Source: Candidatus Uhrbacteria bacterium (GTDB lineage Bacteria > Patescibacteriota > Patescibacteriia > JACQSD01). From it: 51,529 bases of DNA. The notes below the pieces were generated by a model that was not told where the DNA came from, did no database searches, and saw nothing but the letters and a program-made list of their open reading frames with translations. Location of the stretch: assembly GCA_016206165.1 (NCBI GenBank), contig JACQSD010000018.1, positions 1 through 51,529 on the forward strand, given 5' to 3'. The translations under genes and the position numbers were made by a program. Positions 7,965-17,670 of this stretch are shown one piece after another (position 1 is the first letter of the stretch; each line of letters opens with the position of its first letter).

Positions 7965-10900
7965 ATGTTGATTGCCATTATCACTTGGTCATCACTTGTT
8001 CTTGCGCTCATCGCACTCGTGGGTGTTGTCTTTGGTTTTTTACAAATGCGGAAAGAAGATGCGCTCGTGCACGCGCGAGGGAAGAGCATCCTCATTGTTT
8101 CTGGCGTTACGACACTCCTCTTTTTTGCGCTTTTTGCGGTTGGATTGTATCGCATGAATGCGTCAGAGGGAATCAATCAAAGCACACAAACAGGCACGAG
8201 CCCATTAACGAACACATCACCAGGCCTCACCCCACGAACAGATCGTGATCGCGATCCCGGGAGTACTCCACCAAAGACAACGCAACCAGGAGGAGGAACA
8301 GAAGTGCCGATTGCAAGTCCGGCAGAAGGGGTGGCTGGGAGAACCGTCACGATTATTGGAAAAGGATTTGGGAATGTGCCAGGGAGCGTGCAGTTTGTGG
8401 ATACAAAAGGAAATGAAACACGCGCAGCACTTGTCAATGCAGGTGAGTGCACCCCGACGCCATGGGGGGATACCACAATCCTCATTACTATTCCCGATGT
8501 TGCCCCCGATACCTATACAATCATCGTGCGCCGTGTCGATGGCGGAGCATTGGCACCATTTTCATTTCGTGTGACGAATCTCGGGAACCGAACAAGTATT
8601 TGTCGCGTTGATCCCGAATCAGGCATCCCGAACGCAACGCAGGTGACCATGCTTGGTTCGGAATTAGGAAAAACTCCGGGGAAGGTATACTTTGGCGAGA
8701 CGCTCGCACAATCCATTGTTTCTTGGAGCGAGCGCGCAATTACGGTGCGCGTTCCCATTGGCGCAACCACGGGAACTGTCCGTGTCGTTACCAAAGAGGG
8801 CATTCGTTCGAACGAACTTGCATTTACGATTGGGCAATGCACAGGGACGTCATGTCGGAGTGGCGAATCGTGTTGTGGCGACGGCCTCTGTCGCAAAGAA
8901 GGAACATGTCCCGCATCGGGCGCATGTCGATACCGGTGGTATTTTTCGACTGGCGCAACGATGACGTTGCCATGCGGGGCGAATGGGGCATGTCCATCGG
9001 GTTTTCAATGTGATGCAACAACAAAAGCGTGCGCCCCACTGCGGCGTGCAGGGCCATGTGTGAAAGACACAGAGTGTCCGGCGGGAACATACTGCCAGAA
9101 AGCGAGCGGGCGATGTATTGATGGGACGCCACGTTTGATTGAAGAGCCTGGATGCGTGAACACCGTCCAGAGTCCGACGCCCTATCGCGGACGCATTGAC
9201 GCATGCACGAATGCACGGTTTGGCGCACGGTTTTCTGTTCCGCTCGACGCGAGTACATTGCATGACCATACACTCGAACTCCACCAATGTGGAACCGCCA
9301 TTGATTTTAACGAACAGGCATGCACGGCTCGCATTGCGGGTTCAGTCGTATCGATCCCTGGGCAAGATGGCGTTGTTGGGTTCCTCTATGAACCAGAGGT
9401 GCCGTTGCAACCGGAAACGTGGTACACAATGACCATCAAACAATCGCTCGAGAGCGTTGCACGAATATCGATTGGCGACGATATCACGTGGCGCGCACGA
9501 ACAGGGAAGACTCCATGTACACTTGATCACGTTGAGGTGACGCCATCGCGCGCCATCGTTGTTGGCATTGATCGCGAACAGGCATATCGCGCATTGCCGA
9601 CAGCAAAAAATTGCAACGTGATACCTCACGCGGGGCCATGGGCTTGGGTATCGAAGGATGAGCGTCAAGCATCGCTCGCACCGACGAATGGAGAAGAAGC
9701 GATTGCACGTGCACGCGGAGCGACGACAGGGGATGGTGTTTCGCTCGAAGCAGTGCTTCAGAAGAAAAAAGATACAGGCTTGTTGGTTGTTCGTTTGCTC
9801 GCGCCAAAATTGATTGAATGGTGGCCCTCGTGTGGAAGCGCGTGCAGAAATGCCGAGCTTGGTCTTCGATTCTCCGGGCCAATGCGACTTTCCAGTATCA
9901 ATGAAAAAACAGTTCGGCTCGAGGCGTGCGGGGACGCACAATGTACTCGAGTGACGCCCGTTTCGCTCACTGGATTTTCTGGTGCGGAAGGAGATACTGT
10001 CGTTCGATTTCGATCAACAAAAGGGCTTCTTGCACCTGGTATGACGTATCGCGTGGTCATCATTGCATCGGAAGTGAAAGGACGTGATGGCGTGGCGCTC
10101 GCTGGTATTGAAAGCCGAAGCGGCCAAACAATGACAACAGCGAATGCGCGATATTCTTGGACATTCCGGACACTTGATACACGTGCAGTGTGCAGCGTCG
10201 ATCATGTTGCCGTTGCCCCGGAGCGCGCAACACTCACCGCCATTTTTGCAAAACAGGATTTTTCGGCGATCCCGCGGAGTAAATCCGACGCGTGTGATGT
10301 GCAAGGGCAGCGGTTGATTGCCGATGGGTATGCATGGGCATGGGCGACAAGCGAGGAGCGGGTTGCTGCACTCATTGACGACAAATCGCCAAGTGATGCA
10401 TGGCAACAAGTTGAGGCGCGCGGATCTGGGCAGAGTGCCGTGAGCGCGGAAACTGGAGGGAAACGTGGCATCGGGACTGTTTCGGTTGTTTGTGATGCAA
10501 CTGATGATCGGTCGTGTGGTGCGGACCATGGTGTGGGCATTGATCGTTGTTGTTACCCTCGTCCAAGAATACTCAAACGTCAGCCCGAGGGCGATAAAGC
10601 ATGTCGGAATGGCGTCATTGAAATTCAGTTTGATCAGCCGATGGATAAGGGGACCGTTGAAAAAGGAACAGTCATTGAGCAAGAAGTGGCGGGCACATCA
10701 TGTGCCGCTCCATCACAGCCCAAGAAACCAAACGCCACACCGGGGCCGAACGCGACACCCGCGAAAAAAGTTTTTTGTCCCGTCGCAACGCGGTTGACCA
10801 CAAGTAGTGATGAGCGGCTGTTTACGTTTGCCCCCGCCACGGTGCTTCCGAAAAATGCGGCAATTCGTGTACGTGTTTTTGGCATGGATGCAGATCCAGC

Positions 10901-12326
10901 GAACGTTACTGTCAAGAATCGCGCGGGTGTTGCGATGACGCAAGGAGCGACATGGAATTTCACGACAGGATCGCTCATTTGTCAGATTACCACAGTGCGT
11001 GTGTATCGTGACCCAACACCGACCCCGGTGTTGAGTGATACGTTTCTCTGTTCACGCGGAGATAATTGCGCGGATGATGTGAATTCCGCGCTCCCTGGGA
11101 ACCAGCATCGATTCCGAGTGGCAGCATTCGATCAAGAGGAACATCCAGTGAATGCAACATACGTATGGTCAATAGAAGATCCGCGTACTGCCACGCTGAC
11201 TCCACAAAATCAAGAAGCAGAGGTCACGAGTGGGGAAAACGGAAGGACAGCCCTTGCCGTGCAAGCAACCGCAACGAACGCAGGGGGAGGAAAGGGGAAT
11301 GTGGTGATTCCGATTGATGTGACTGCGTGTGCGAATCCATGGCCTGCGCGGATCGTACAAGGAACAACAACATTGTGGGAACCATTTGCGGATCGAGTAG
11401 GCGCCGGAGCAACAAACTTTTCAACATACTATTGTCGTGATCGTGGAGAGGCTACGCTTGACGACGATTTGCCTGCACTCGCATGGCCGCCTGGCATTGA
11501 AACTGGGTTTGAACAAGATCCAAAGAAAAAAGATCTGATCAAAGGATTCCTTTTCCAGGTTGTTGGTGGCGGCGAACCAGATGCGATTGGCTTTGAGATT
11601 TTCCGAAACCAAGAGAAGAAAGATATTGCGGCATGGTATCGTGCAATATTTAAAAATGACAATCAAAATACTCTTGAACCACTGACCGTGAATGGATATC
11701 CGGGGCTGCGGGATGGGAGAACAGTGTACGTGAATGCATTGAATATTCAAGGATCGGACGTCGTGATGCAGGTGCATCTTCTTTCCTACGGGCTTGGTGC
11801 ATCCGAGGATACGATTGCAATTGCACGTCAGCTCGAACAGAACTGGCGGTTCACCACATCAGTGACCGATGATCGTGATCGGGCTGCGCTCCAACGCGAT
11901 GTGACACGCATGCTCGCGCTCAATGGTATGCGGGGAGCATTGAATAGTCGTGGTGCTCCAAAATTGGAAGCAGGGAGTTTTATTCCAGGGCTTACCTTTT
12001 CCACATGGCCTCTGTCGTGGGGGCGCCTTGGTTCAAGTGCTGGGGCAGCGTTCCCCCGTGATCCCGTGAATCGATTTGAAGGGTGCACGAAACCGTTTGA
12101 TCCTGCAACATGTTGGAACCCGGTGCGCAAGAAGACAGAACCATTGGTCAAACAATTCAAATGTCCGACTGGTGCACTCGCGTATGGATACAAGGTGGAT
12201 CCGGGGAGTCCTCAAGGATATATCCTTGCCACGAATTTTGAATACGATGGCCCGGGGTCCTTCAAGCGTGACCCATCATATCGTTCGCTTGATAGCTTGC
12301 TCGGGAGTGGTGTGTGTACCAAATAA
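7965..12326 (+). CDS. giant (1453 aa) N-terminally anchored surface protein: IPT/TIG domains, Cys-rich module, multiple Ig-like domains
   Basis: TM helix at the N-terminus. Two IPT-like units (GRTVTIIGKGFGNVPGSVQFVD; VTMLGSELGKTPGKVYFG...TVRVPIGATTGTVRVVT). The Cys-rich stretch is CTGTSCRSGESCCGDGLCRKEGTCP...CPAGTYCQKASGRCI. One long uninterrupted ORF. Confidence 0.8.
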   Translation: MLIAIITWSSLVLALIALVGVVFGFLQMRKEDALVHARGKSILIVSGVTTLLFFALFAVGLYRMNASEGINQSTQTGTSPLTNTSPGLTPRTDRDRDPGSTPPKTTQPGGGTEVPIASPAEGVAGRTVTIIGKGFGNVPGSVQFVDTKGNETRAALVNAGECTPTPWGDTTILITIPDVAPDTYTIIVRRVDGGALAPFSFRVTNLGNRTSICRVDPESGIPNATQVTMLGSELGKTPGKVYFGETLAQSIVSWSERAITVRVPIGATTGTVRVVTKEGIRSNELAFTIGQCTGTSCRSGESCCGDGLCRKEGTCPASGACRYRWYFSTGATMTLPCGANGACPSGFQCDATTKACAPLRRAGPCVKDTECPAGTYCQKASGRCIDGTPRLIEEPGCVNTVQSPTPYRGRIDACTNARFGARFSVPLDASTLHDHTLELHQCGTAIDFNEQACTARIAGSVVSIPGQDGVVGFLYEPEVPLQPETWYTMTIKQSLESVARISIGDDITWRARTGKTPCTLDHVEVTPSRAIVVGIDREQAYRALPTAKNCNVIPHAGPWAWVSKDERQASLAPTNGEEAIARARGATTGDGVSLEAVLQKKKDTGLLVVRLLAPKLIEWWPSCGSACRNAELGLRFSGPMRLSSINEKTVRLEACGDAQCTRVTPVSLTGFSGAEGDTVVRFRSTKGLLAPGMTYRVVIIASEVKGRDGVALAGIESRSGQTMTTANARYSWTFRTLDTRAVCSVDHVAVAPERATLTAIFAKQDFSAIPRSKSDACDVQGQRLIADGYAWAWATSEERVAALIDDKSPSDAWQQVEARGSGQSAVSAETGGKRGIGTVSVVCDATDDRSCGADHGVGIDRCCYPRPRILKRQPEGDKACRNGVIEIQFDQPMDKGTVEKGTVIEQEVAGTSCAAPSQPKKPNATPGPNATPAKKVFCPVATRLTTSSDERLFTFAPATVLPKNAAIRVRVFGMDADPANVTVKNRAGVAMTQGATWNFTTGSLICQITTVRVYRDPTPTPVLSDTFLCSRGDNCADDVNSALPGNQHRFRVAAFDQEEHPVNATYVWSIEDPRTATLTPQNQEAEVTSGENGRTALAVQATATNAGGGKGNVVIPIDVTACANPWPARIVQGTTTLWEPFADRVGAGATNFSTYYCRDRGEATLDDDLPALAWPPGIETGFEQDPKKKDLIKGFLFQVVGGGEPDAIGFEIFRNQEKKDIAAWYRAIFKNDNQNTLEPLTVNGYPGLRDGRTVYVNALNIQGSDVVMQVHLLSYGLGASEDTIAIARQLEQNWRFTTSVTDDRDRAALQRDVTRMLALNGMRGALNSRGAPKLEAGSFIPGLTFSTWPLSWGRLGSSAGAAFPRDPVNRFEGCTKPFDPATCWNPVRKKTEPLVKQFKCPTGALAYGYKVDPGSPQGYILATNFEYDGPGSFKRDPSYRSLDSLLGSGVCTK

Positions 12327-12374
12327 TTGCGGGTCTTCACTTTTTATGACACAATAAGAGTATCATCGTTACGT

Positions 12375-12455
12375 AAGCACGAAAGAACGAAAGAACGGAA
12401 GAACTTTTGATAGCCTCGTTCTTCAGTTCCTCCGTTTCCTTGTTCATTCGTTCTC
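12375..12455 (+). repeat. long word-hairpin repeat (GAACGAAAG / GAAGAAC family), putative terminator after the giant gene
   Basis: GCACGAAAGAACGAAAGAACGGAAGAAC ..loop.. CGTTCTTCAGTTCCTCCGTTTCC..CATTCGTTCTC. Same word family as 43664-43757. Confidence 0.6.
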
Positions 12456-12461
12456 CCGAGT

Positions 12462-13046
12462 ATGTTCGAAAATAAACCGTCATCAGCTCCACAAGAGCCA
12501 GAGGATATGTTTGCCGATACTGTTTCGGTGCAACCGCAACCGTCGCGTCTTGCCAGTGTTCCCGAATCAACGAGGACAGGGGATATCCCAGAGCTTGCCG
12601 GCCCTGTCTTTTCCCCGGGGAAGCTTTGGACAACGATCGGTGCTATTGTCGTTGTTCTTGCGCTCGTCGGAGGGGGAGTGTGGTGGTTCTGGTGGAGGCC
12701 GAAGCAACAATCTGCAGCATCGACAACAGCAAATCAACCAGTGACGCAACCCGAAGTGCAGCAACCGCTTGGGGATACCACCCCTCCGCCAGTGACTGAT
12801 GAGGATCAGGATGGGCTCACAGACGCAGAAGAAGCACAGCTCGGAACAAGCGCGACCAATGTTGACACGGATGGCGATGGTCTTTTGGATGCGGAAGAAG
12901 TACGCACATGGAAAACAAATCCGCTCAAAGTTGATAGTGATGACGATGGATATAGTGATAAACAGGAAATTGATAATGGATACAATCCAAACGGCGCAGG
13001 GAAGCTTATGAATGTAGAGGAGGATATTAAAAAGTTGGGTAACTAA
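12462..13046 (+). CDS. membrane-anchored protein with thrombospondin type-3-like Ca-binding repeats
   Basis: TM helix (TTIGAIVVVLALVGGGVWWFWW) followed by DEDQDGLTDAEE..DTDGDGLLDAEE..DSDDDGYSDKQE repeats. Confidence 0.7.
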   Translation: MFENKPSSAPQEPEDMFADTVSVQPQPSRLASVPESTRTGDIPELAGPVFSPGKLWTTIGAIVVVLALVGGGVWWFWWRPKQQSAASTTANQPVTQPEVQQPLGDTTPPPVTDEDQDGLTDAEEAQLGTSATNVDTDGDGLLDAEEVRTWKTNPLKVDSDDDGYSDKQEIDNGYNPNGAGKLMNVEEDIKKLGN

Positions 13047-13057
13047 TTACTGTTTCC

Positions 13058-14056
13058 ATGCCTGAGCAGACATTTGGACAATCAACAGAGCGAGGAGCAC
13101 CCGCACAACCAGCGGAGTCTCTTGACATCCGCACGATGCCGGAAGCATTTTTTCCGAAAACTCCGGTCGGTGCCCCGTTACCGTGGGGGATCTTCGCTGT
13201 CGTCGGTGTGCTTGTGCTTGCACTCCTTGGCGTCGGAGCGTACGTTCTTTTCTTTTGGGAAGAGCAACCGCGACCAGCAGACGTTGCCCCGATTCAAAAT
13301 ACAAATGAACCCCCACTAGTGGATACCAATACGCCACCACCAGTGGATACCAGCGGAGATGCACCAGTGATCCCACCTGGTGAGCCTCCGACTGATATAT
13401 CAACACCACCACCAACAAGTATACCGATCAGCGGCAGTCTATTCCCACAATTTGGAATCCGCACCGAGGACACGGATCACGATAACCTCACGAATGAAGA
13501 AGAGAAAGCACTGAATACAGATCCAACGGCGGCAGATACTGATCGTGATGGATATGCGGATGGGCAGGAGATTGAGAATCTCTATGATCCGCTTGCGCCT
13601 TCCCCAGCACTCCTTCCACAGTCGCGATCGGTCGCAACGTATGTGAGCCAGAAATTTGGGTTTCGCTTTCTTCACCCAGGAGTGTGGAGTCAACCTCGGC
13701 CAACCGATGCGGGTGAGCTTGAGACGATGATAACGACGCCCATTACCGGAGAATTCATGGAAGTCATTGTGCAAGAAAACGTGAAACAACAATCAGCATT
13801 TGATTGGTATGTTGCACAAATGCCAGCGGGCTCCGATCCGAAACGACTTTCCATAACATCGATTGAAAATCTCGAGGGCGTCTGGAGCCTTGATGGGAAA
13901 ACTGTTTATTTTACACTTGTTCCTGCCTTTGGAGGGTCGCGCAATTGGATTTATGGAATCACCTATAATACAGGGGAAGCACGCGAGGTGAATTACCCAA
14001 TGATCTTTCGTATGATGATCGAAAGTTTCCGCGTTCAACCACCGGTCGCCCCATGA
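13058..14056 (+). CDS. membrane-anchored protein with TSP3-like repeats plus C-terminal globular domain (paralog-like of 12462..13046)
   Basis: TM helix, Pro-rich linker, then TEDTDHDNLTNEEE..DTDRDGYADGQEIENLYDP. Confidence 0.7.
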   Translation: MPEQTFGQSTERGAPAQPAESLDIRTMPEAFFPKTPVGAPLPWGIFAVVGVLVLALLGVGAYVLFFWEEQPRPADVAPIQNTNEPPLVDTNTPPPVDTSGDAPVIPPGEPPTDISTPPPTSIPISGSLFPQFGIRTEDTDHDNLTNEEEKALNTDPTAADTDRDGYADGQEIENLYDPLAPSPALLPQSRSVATYVSQKFGFRFLHPGVWSQPRPTDAGELETMITTPITGEFMEVIVQENVKQQSAFDWYVAQMPAGSDPKRLSITSIENLEGVWSLDGKTVYFTLVPAFGGSRNWIYGITYNTGEAREVNYPMIFRMMIESFRVQPPVAP

Positions 14057-14517
14057 CACCGTTCGCTCTTGATTGTCGGTTCCCCGCATCGTTTCGTCGC
14101 TTCGTCCCACAAGCGAGCATGACGCGATTACCAGACGCACTGCACCATGTGCTCCACAAAAAAATGAGTGGATCAGTGACGATTGTCGGCGTTTCAGATC
14201 GTGTCATGCGTACGCTCAATCGGCGATATCGGGGGAAAGATAGAACGACAGACGTGCTTAGTTTTCTTTATACGGGGAACACAACGAAAGGAGCGCAGAT
14301 GATCATCGGAGATATCCTCCTTTCCATTCCTGAAGTACGGAGGCAAGCAAGGGAACGAAACGTATCAGCGACCTTTGTGACACACGAGCTCATTGTTCAC
14401 GGACTACTCCATTTGCTCGGGTATGATCATGAACGGAGTCAACGAGATGAAAAAATAATGTTTGAACTCCAAAAGAAAATAGTGCATCATGTTCTCTCCA
14501 GCACGTCTCATCCGTAG
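14053..14517 (+). CDS. ybeY: rRNA maturation endoribonuclease YbeY
   Basis: Zn motif HGLLHLLGYDHE. ATGA overlap with the upstream gene. Confidence 0.88.
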   Translation: MTPFALDCRFPASFRRFVPQASMTRLPDALHHVLHKKMSGSVTIVGVSDRVMRTLNRRYRGKDRTTDVLSFLYTGNTTKGAQMIIGDILLSIPEVRRQARERNVSATFVTHELIVHGLLHLLGYDHERSQRDEKIMFELQKKIVHHVLSSTSHP

Positions 14518-14857
14518 TTTTCAATACGCGTGGAATGGTATTCGGTCGACGTTCGTGTCGGAGCAAAATTTTCGCATCCAGATATGCATTGGCATTCTCG
14601 TGCTTCTGCTCGCGGTCGGTCTCTCCATTCCACTTTCGCACATCGCGTTTCTCGTGCTTGTGGTGACATTTGTTCTCGTGTTAGAATTACTGAACACCGC
14701 CTGGGAGCGTATGCTTGACCTCATGCATCCCGGGTTATCGCCTGCGGTACGCCTTATTAAAGATCTTCTCGCTGCGTTTGTCTTTATCGCATCGCTGGGA
14801 GCGGTCATTACAGGGCTCTTATTGCTTGGCCCACCACTTATCAACTTGTTTTTTTAG
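14489..14857 (+). CDS. dgkA: diacylglycerol/undecaprenol kinase (DagK family)
   Basis: RLIRSFQYAWNGI...EQNFRIQ...ELLNTAWERMLD, with three TM helices. Overlaps the ybeY end. Confidence 0.85.
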   Translation: MFSPARLIRSFQYAWNGIRSTFVSEQNFRIQICIGILVLLLAVGLSIPLSHIAFLVLVVTFVLVLELLNTAWERMLDLMHPGLSPAVRLIKDLLAAFVFIASLGAVITGLLLLGPPLINLFF

Positions 14858-14992
14858 ATAACCTGAGATGTCGCGAGGCGCGTACCCGACCGAAGGGATC
14901 CGGCTCTGCCGTGTCCCTGAGGATCGCGGAGCGCGCCGCAAGCGACACAGCGGTTTTGGAGGTTGGACACCTTTTCCAAAAGGGGTCCACAC

Positions 14993-16255
14993 ATGTGTAT
15001 GTCGCGCGACGCACTTATTACTGGTTTGGATGTTGGATCAACCTCGATTCGTCTTGTCGTTGGGCAGGTGGTTGCCTCAAAACAACGCGACGAAGAACAA
15101 CAATTGCAAATCATTGGTGCGATTGACGTGCCGACCGAAGGGATCCACCGGGGGTCAGTGACCTCCATTGATGATGCAGTCGAGTCGCTCTCAAGTGCGC
15201 GTGATAAAGCAGAGCGCCTCGTCGGCATGCCGATCGACCACGTGTTCGTTGGGATTTCTGGTCCATATATTATTGCGCAGCCTTCGAAGGGTGTCATTGC
15301 AGTTTCCCGCGCAGACGGAGAAATTCAGGAAGAAGATATCGAGCGCGTTATTGAAGCAGCGCAAGCAGTGGCGACGCCACCAAATTATGAAATCCTGCAC
15401 GTCATCCCGCGGAGTTTTACGGTCGACCATCAAACCGGCGTCAAAGATCCGCTCGGCATGACCGGTGTTCGCCTTGAAGTCGACGCACAGATTATTCTCG
15501 GCCTCTCATCGCATTTAAAAAATATTACGAAAGCAGTGTATCGCACAGGCGTTGACATTGACGATCTTGTGCTCTCGACCTTCGCTGCAGCAGAATCCGT
15601 GTTGACAAAGCGGCAGAAGGAGCTCGGCGTCGCGCTCGTGAACATTGGTGGAGGCACGACGAGTGTCGCCGTGTTTGAAGAAGGAGATGTGCTCCACGTG
15701 GGAACAATTCCTATCGGCAGTGGGCACATTACCTCTGATATTGCGATTGGTCTTCGCACATCCATTGAAGTTGCGGAAGAACTGAAGCGTGAATATGGGT
15801 CTGCAACTCCAGAGAAGATTGCGAAGAAAGATGATATCACCCTCGAAGCATTTGGTGAGGGTGAAGGGAATGTCGTTTCGCGAAAGCACCTTGCGGAGAT
15901 TATTCAAGCACGACTTGAGGAGCTTTTCGATCGCATTGATAAAGAATTAAAAAAAGTTGATCGGAGCGGGCTCCTCCCTGCGGGGGTTGTGCTCACTGGT
16001 GGAGGATCAAAACTGCAGGGCATTGTCGATGCAGCAAAACAATCATTACGATTGCCCGCAACGCTTGGATATCCGCAAGAGGTCACAAGTGCGCTTGAGA
16101 AGATCCATGACCCCGCATTTGCGGTGAGTCTTGGGCTCGTGCTTTGGGGGTACGCACTTTCGAAGGACAGGCCAAAAACATTCCTTCCTCGATTCTCTGC
16201 GGTTTCGCAAGTGACGAAGCGTATGAAGGATCTCTTTAAATCATTGTTTTCTTAG
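14993..16255 (+). CDS. ftsA: cell division protein FtsA
   Basis: LITGLDVGSTSIRLVVG, an actin-like fold, and GGGSKLQGI. The ORF opens at TTG 14963; ATG at 14993 or 14999 is more likely. Confidence 0.9.
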   Translation: MCMSRDALITGLDVGSTSIRLVVGQVVASKQRDEEQQLQIIGAIDVPTEGIHRGSVTSIDDAVESLSSARDKAERLVGMPIDHVFVGISGPYIIAQPSKGVIAVSRADGEIQEEDIERVIEAAQAVATPPNYEILHVIPRSFTVDHQTGVKDPLGMTGVRLEVDAQIILGLSSHLKNITKAVYRTGVDIDDLVLSTFAAAESVLTKRQKELGVALVNIGGGTTSVAVFEEGDVLHVGTIPIGSGHITSDIAIGLRTSIEVAEELKREYGSATPEKIAKKDDITLEAFGEGEGNVVSRKHLAEIIQARLEELFDRIDKELKKVDRSGLLPAGVVLTGGGSKLQGIVDAAKQSLRLPATLGYPQEVTSALEKIHDPAFAVSLGLVLWGYALSKDRPKTFLPRFSAVSQVTKRMKDLFKSLFS

Positions 16256-16279
16256 AATCCCTAGGGATTTGCAGTGAAC

Positions 16280-16308
16280 TTGACGGGTGACAGCAATCTT
16301 TATACACT
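16280..16308 (+). promoter_or_regulatory. candidate promoter TTGACG-17-TACACT upstream of ftsZ
   Basis: Read directly in the ftsA-ftsZ spacer. A GCAACCT-tta-GGTTGC hairpin follows at about 16366-16381. Confidence 0.35.
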
Positions 16309-16403
16309 GAGAGACTGTTTAAGTAAGACCGTCCCGAGAAGCGCAGTCAACGGATGGTAGCCGCAACCTTTAGGTTGCGCAACGGAACGATTTTTCAACA
16401 AGT

Positions 16404-17522
16404 ATGGAAGTTAAACCTTCTATCGAAACATTCGCAAAGATTAAGGTTGTTGGCGTTGGTGGAAGTGGTGGGTCAACAATCAACCACATGGTTCGCTCAA
16501 AGATCCGTGGGGTTGAATTTATGGCAGTGAATACCGATGCACAGGCACTGCACCACAATCTTGCTGCAGTCAAACTCCACGTCGGGAAATCAACAACGCG
16601 AGGCTTGGGGGCAGGGATGGATCCAGAGGCAGGGAAGAAAGCAGCAGAAGAAAATCAGAGTGAAATTCGCGAAGCGCTCAAAGGGGCGGATATGGTGTTT
16701 GTCACCTGTGGCCTTGGTGGAGGCACAGGAACCGGGGCGTCCCCCATTGTTGCGGAAATTGCACGTGACCAAGGGTCGCTGACCGTTGCGGTGGTGACGC
16801 GGCCTTTTTCATTTGAAGGTGCACAGCGAAAAGCAATTGCGGAACGAGGGTTGAAAGAGCTCCTTGATAAAGTGGATACAATTATTGTAATCCCCAATGA
16901 TCGCATTCTCGAAATCATTGATAAAAAATCCACATTGCTTGATGCGTTTGGTATTGTGAATGATGTATTAAAGCAGGGGGTGCAAGGCATTTCCGAGCTC
17001 ATCACCGTGCCGGGGTTAACGAACGTTGATTTTGCTGATGTGAAAGCAATTATGCGCGATGCAGGATCTGCGCTCATGGGGTTGGGATCCGGGCAAGGGG
17101 AGAATCGAGCTGTCGAGGCAGCGAAAGCAGCAATTGCATCTCCATTACTTGAAGTTTCGATTGACGGAGCAAAGGGAATATTGTTTACCGTGACGGGAGG
17201 GACTGATCTTCGGATGCATGAACTCTCGGAGGCCGCAAAAATTATTACCGCGCAAGCTGATCCAAATGCGAAGATTATTTACGGTACGGTCATTGATGAA
17301 ACAATGAAAGATGAAGTGCGCATCACCGTTATTGCCACAGGCTTTGGCGATACAGGGAAGGTGCTCACTCAAGAAGCAGCGACGAGTTACCGCCCATCAC
17401 TCTTTTCAAAACCGGCAGAAAAGCCGCAACTGCGCACTGCCGCACAAAAACAGGTAGAAGAGAAGACAAAAGAAGAGGAAGAACTCGAAATCCCCGCATT
17501 CATCCGGAAGAAGATGGGGTAG
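16404..17522 (+). CDS. ftsZ: cell division protein FtsZ
   Basis: GVGGSGGSTINHM and GGGTGTGASPIVA (tubulin signature), plus a C-terminal EIPAFIRKK peptide. Confidence 0.97.
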   Translation: MEVKPSIETFAKIKVVGVGGSGGSTINHMVRSKIRGVEFMAVNTDAQALHHNLAAVKLHVGKSTTRGLGAGMDPEAGKKAAEENQSEIREALKGADMVFVTCGLGGGTGTGASPIVAEIARDQGSLTVAVVTRPFSFEGAQRKAIAERGLKELLDKVDTIIVIPNDRILEIIDKKSTLLDAFGIVNDVLKQGVQGISELITVPGLTNVDFADVKAIMRDAGSALMGLGSGQGENRAVEAAKAAIASPLLEVSIDGAKGILFTVTGGTDLRMHELSEAAKIITAQADPNAKIIYGTVIDETMKDEVRITVIATGFGDTGKVLTQEAATSYRPSLFSKPAEKPQLRTAAQKQVEEKTKEEEELEIPAFIRKKMG

Positions 17523-17610
17523 GACAGCGAGGACAGTGAAGACAGTAAAGACAGCTGATACACTGACTTCACTGACTTTACTGACTTTACTTACTTTACT
17601 GATACTTGTC
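17522..17610 (+). repeat. long word-hairpin repeat (ACAGCGAGGNCAGTGAAG family), putative terminator after ftsZ
   Basis: GGACAGCGAGGACAGTGAAGACAGTAAAGACAG ctgatac ACTGACTTCACTGACTTTACTGACTTTAC. The 5' part is homologous to 30785-30867. Confidence 0.65.
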
Positions 17611-17616
17611 CACATC

Positions 17617-17644
17617 TTGAAACTACTATCCGTTGTGGTATAAT
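17617..17644 (+). promoter_or_regulatory. strong promoter TTGAAA-16-(TG)G-TATAAT for the nrdR-nrdJ operon
   Basis: cTTGAAActactatccgttgTGgTATAAT, an extended -10. Confidence 0.6.
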
Positions 17645-17654
17645 GGAGTATAGA

Positions 17655-17670
17655 ACACTAGATATTGAAA
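17655..17670 (+). promoter_or_regulatory. candidate NrdR box overlapping the transcription start
   Basis: ACACTAGATATTGAAA matches the published NrdR-box consensus acaCwAtATaTwGtgt at 12/16. It sits in the loop of the inverted repeat ATGGAGTAT/ATACTCCAT (17643-17679). Confidence 0.3.

Noticed and set aside
8177-11777. Numerous 60-220-aa ORFs on both strands inside 7965..12326
   Set aside because: All are nested within one uninterrupted 1453-codon ORF that has recognisable extracellular domains.
17387-17615. Possible CRISPR-like or coding repeats (SLSSLS, VSKVSKVSEVS ORFs) after ftsZ; similar cases at 6301, 12375, 30785 and 43664
   Set aside because: The periodic words are the two arms of an imperfect hairpin, not direct repeats separated by unique spacers. 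No cas genes are present. The ORFs are artefacts.
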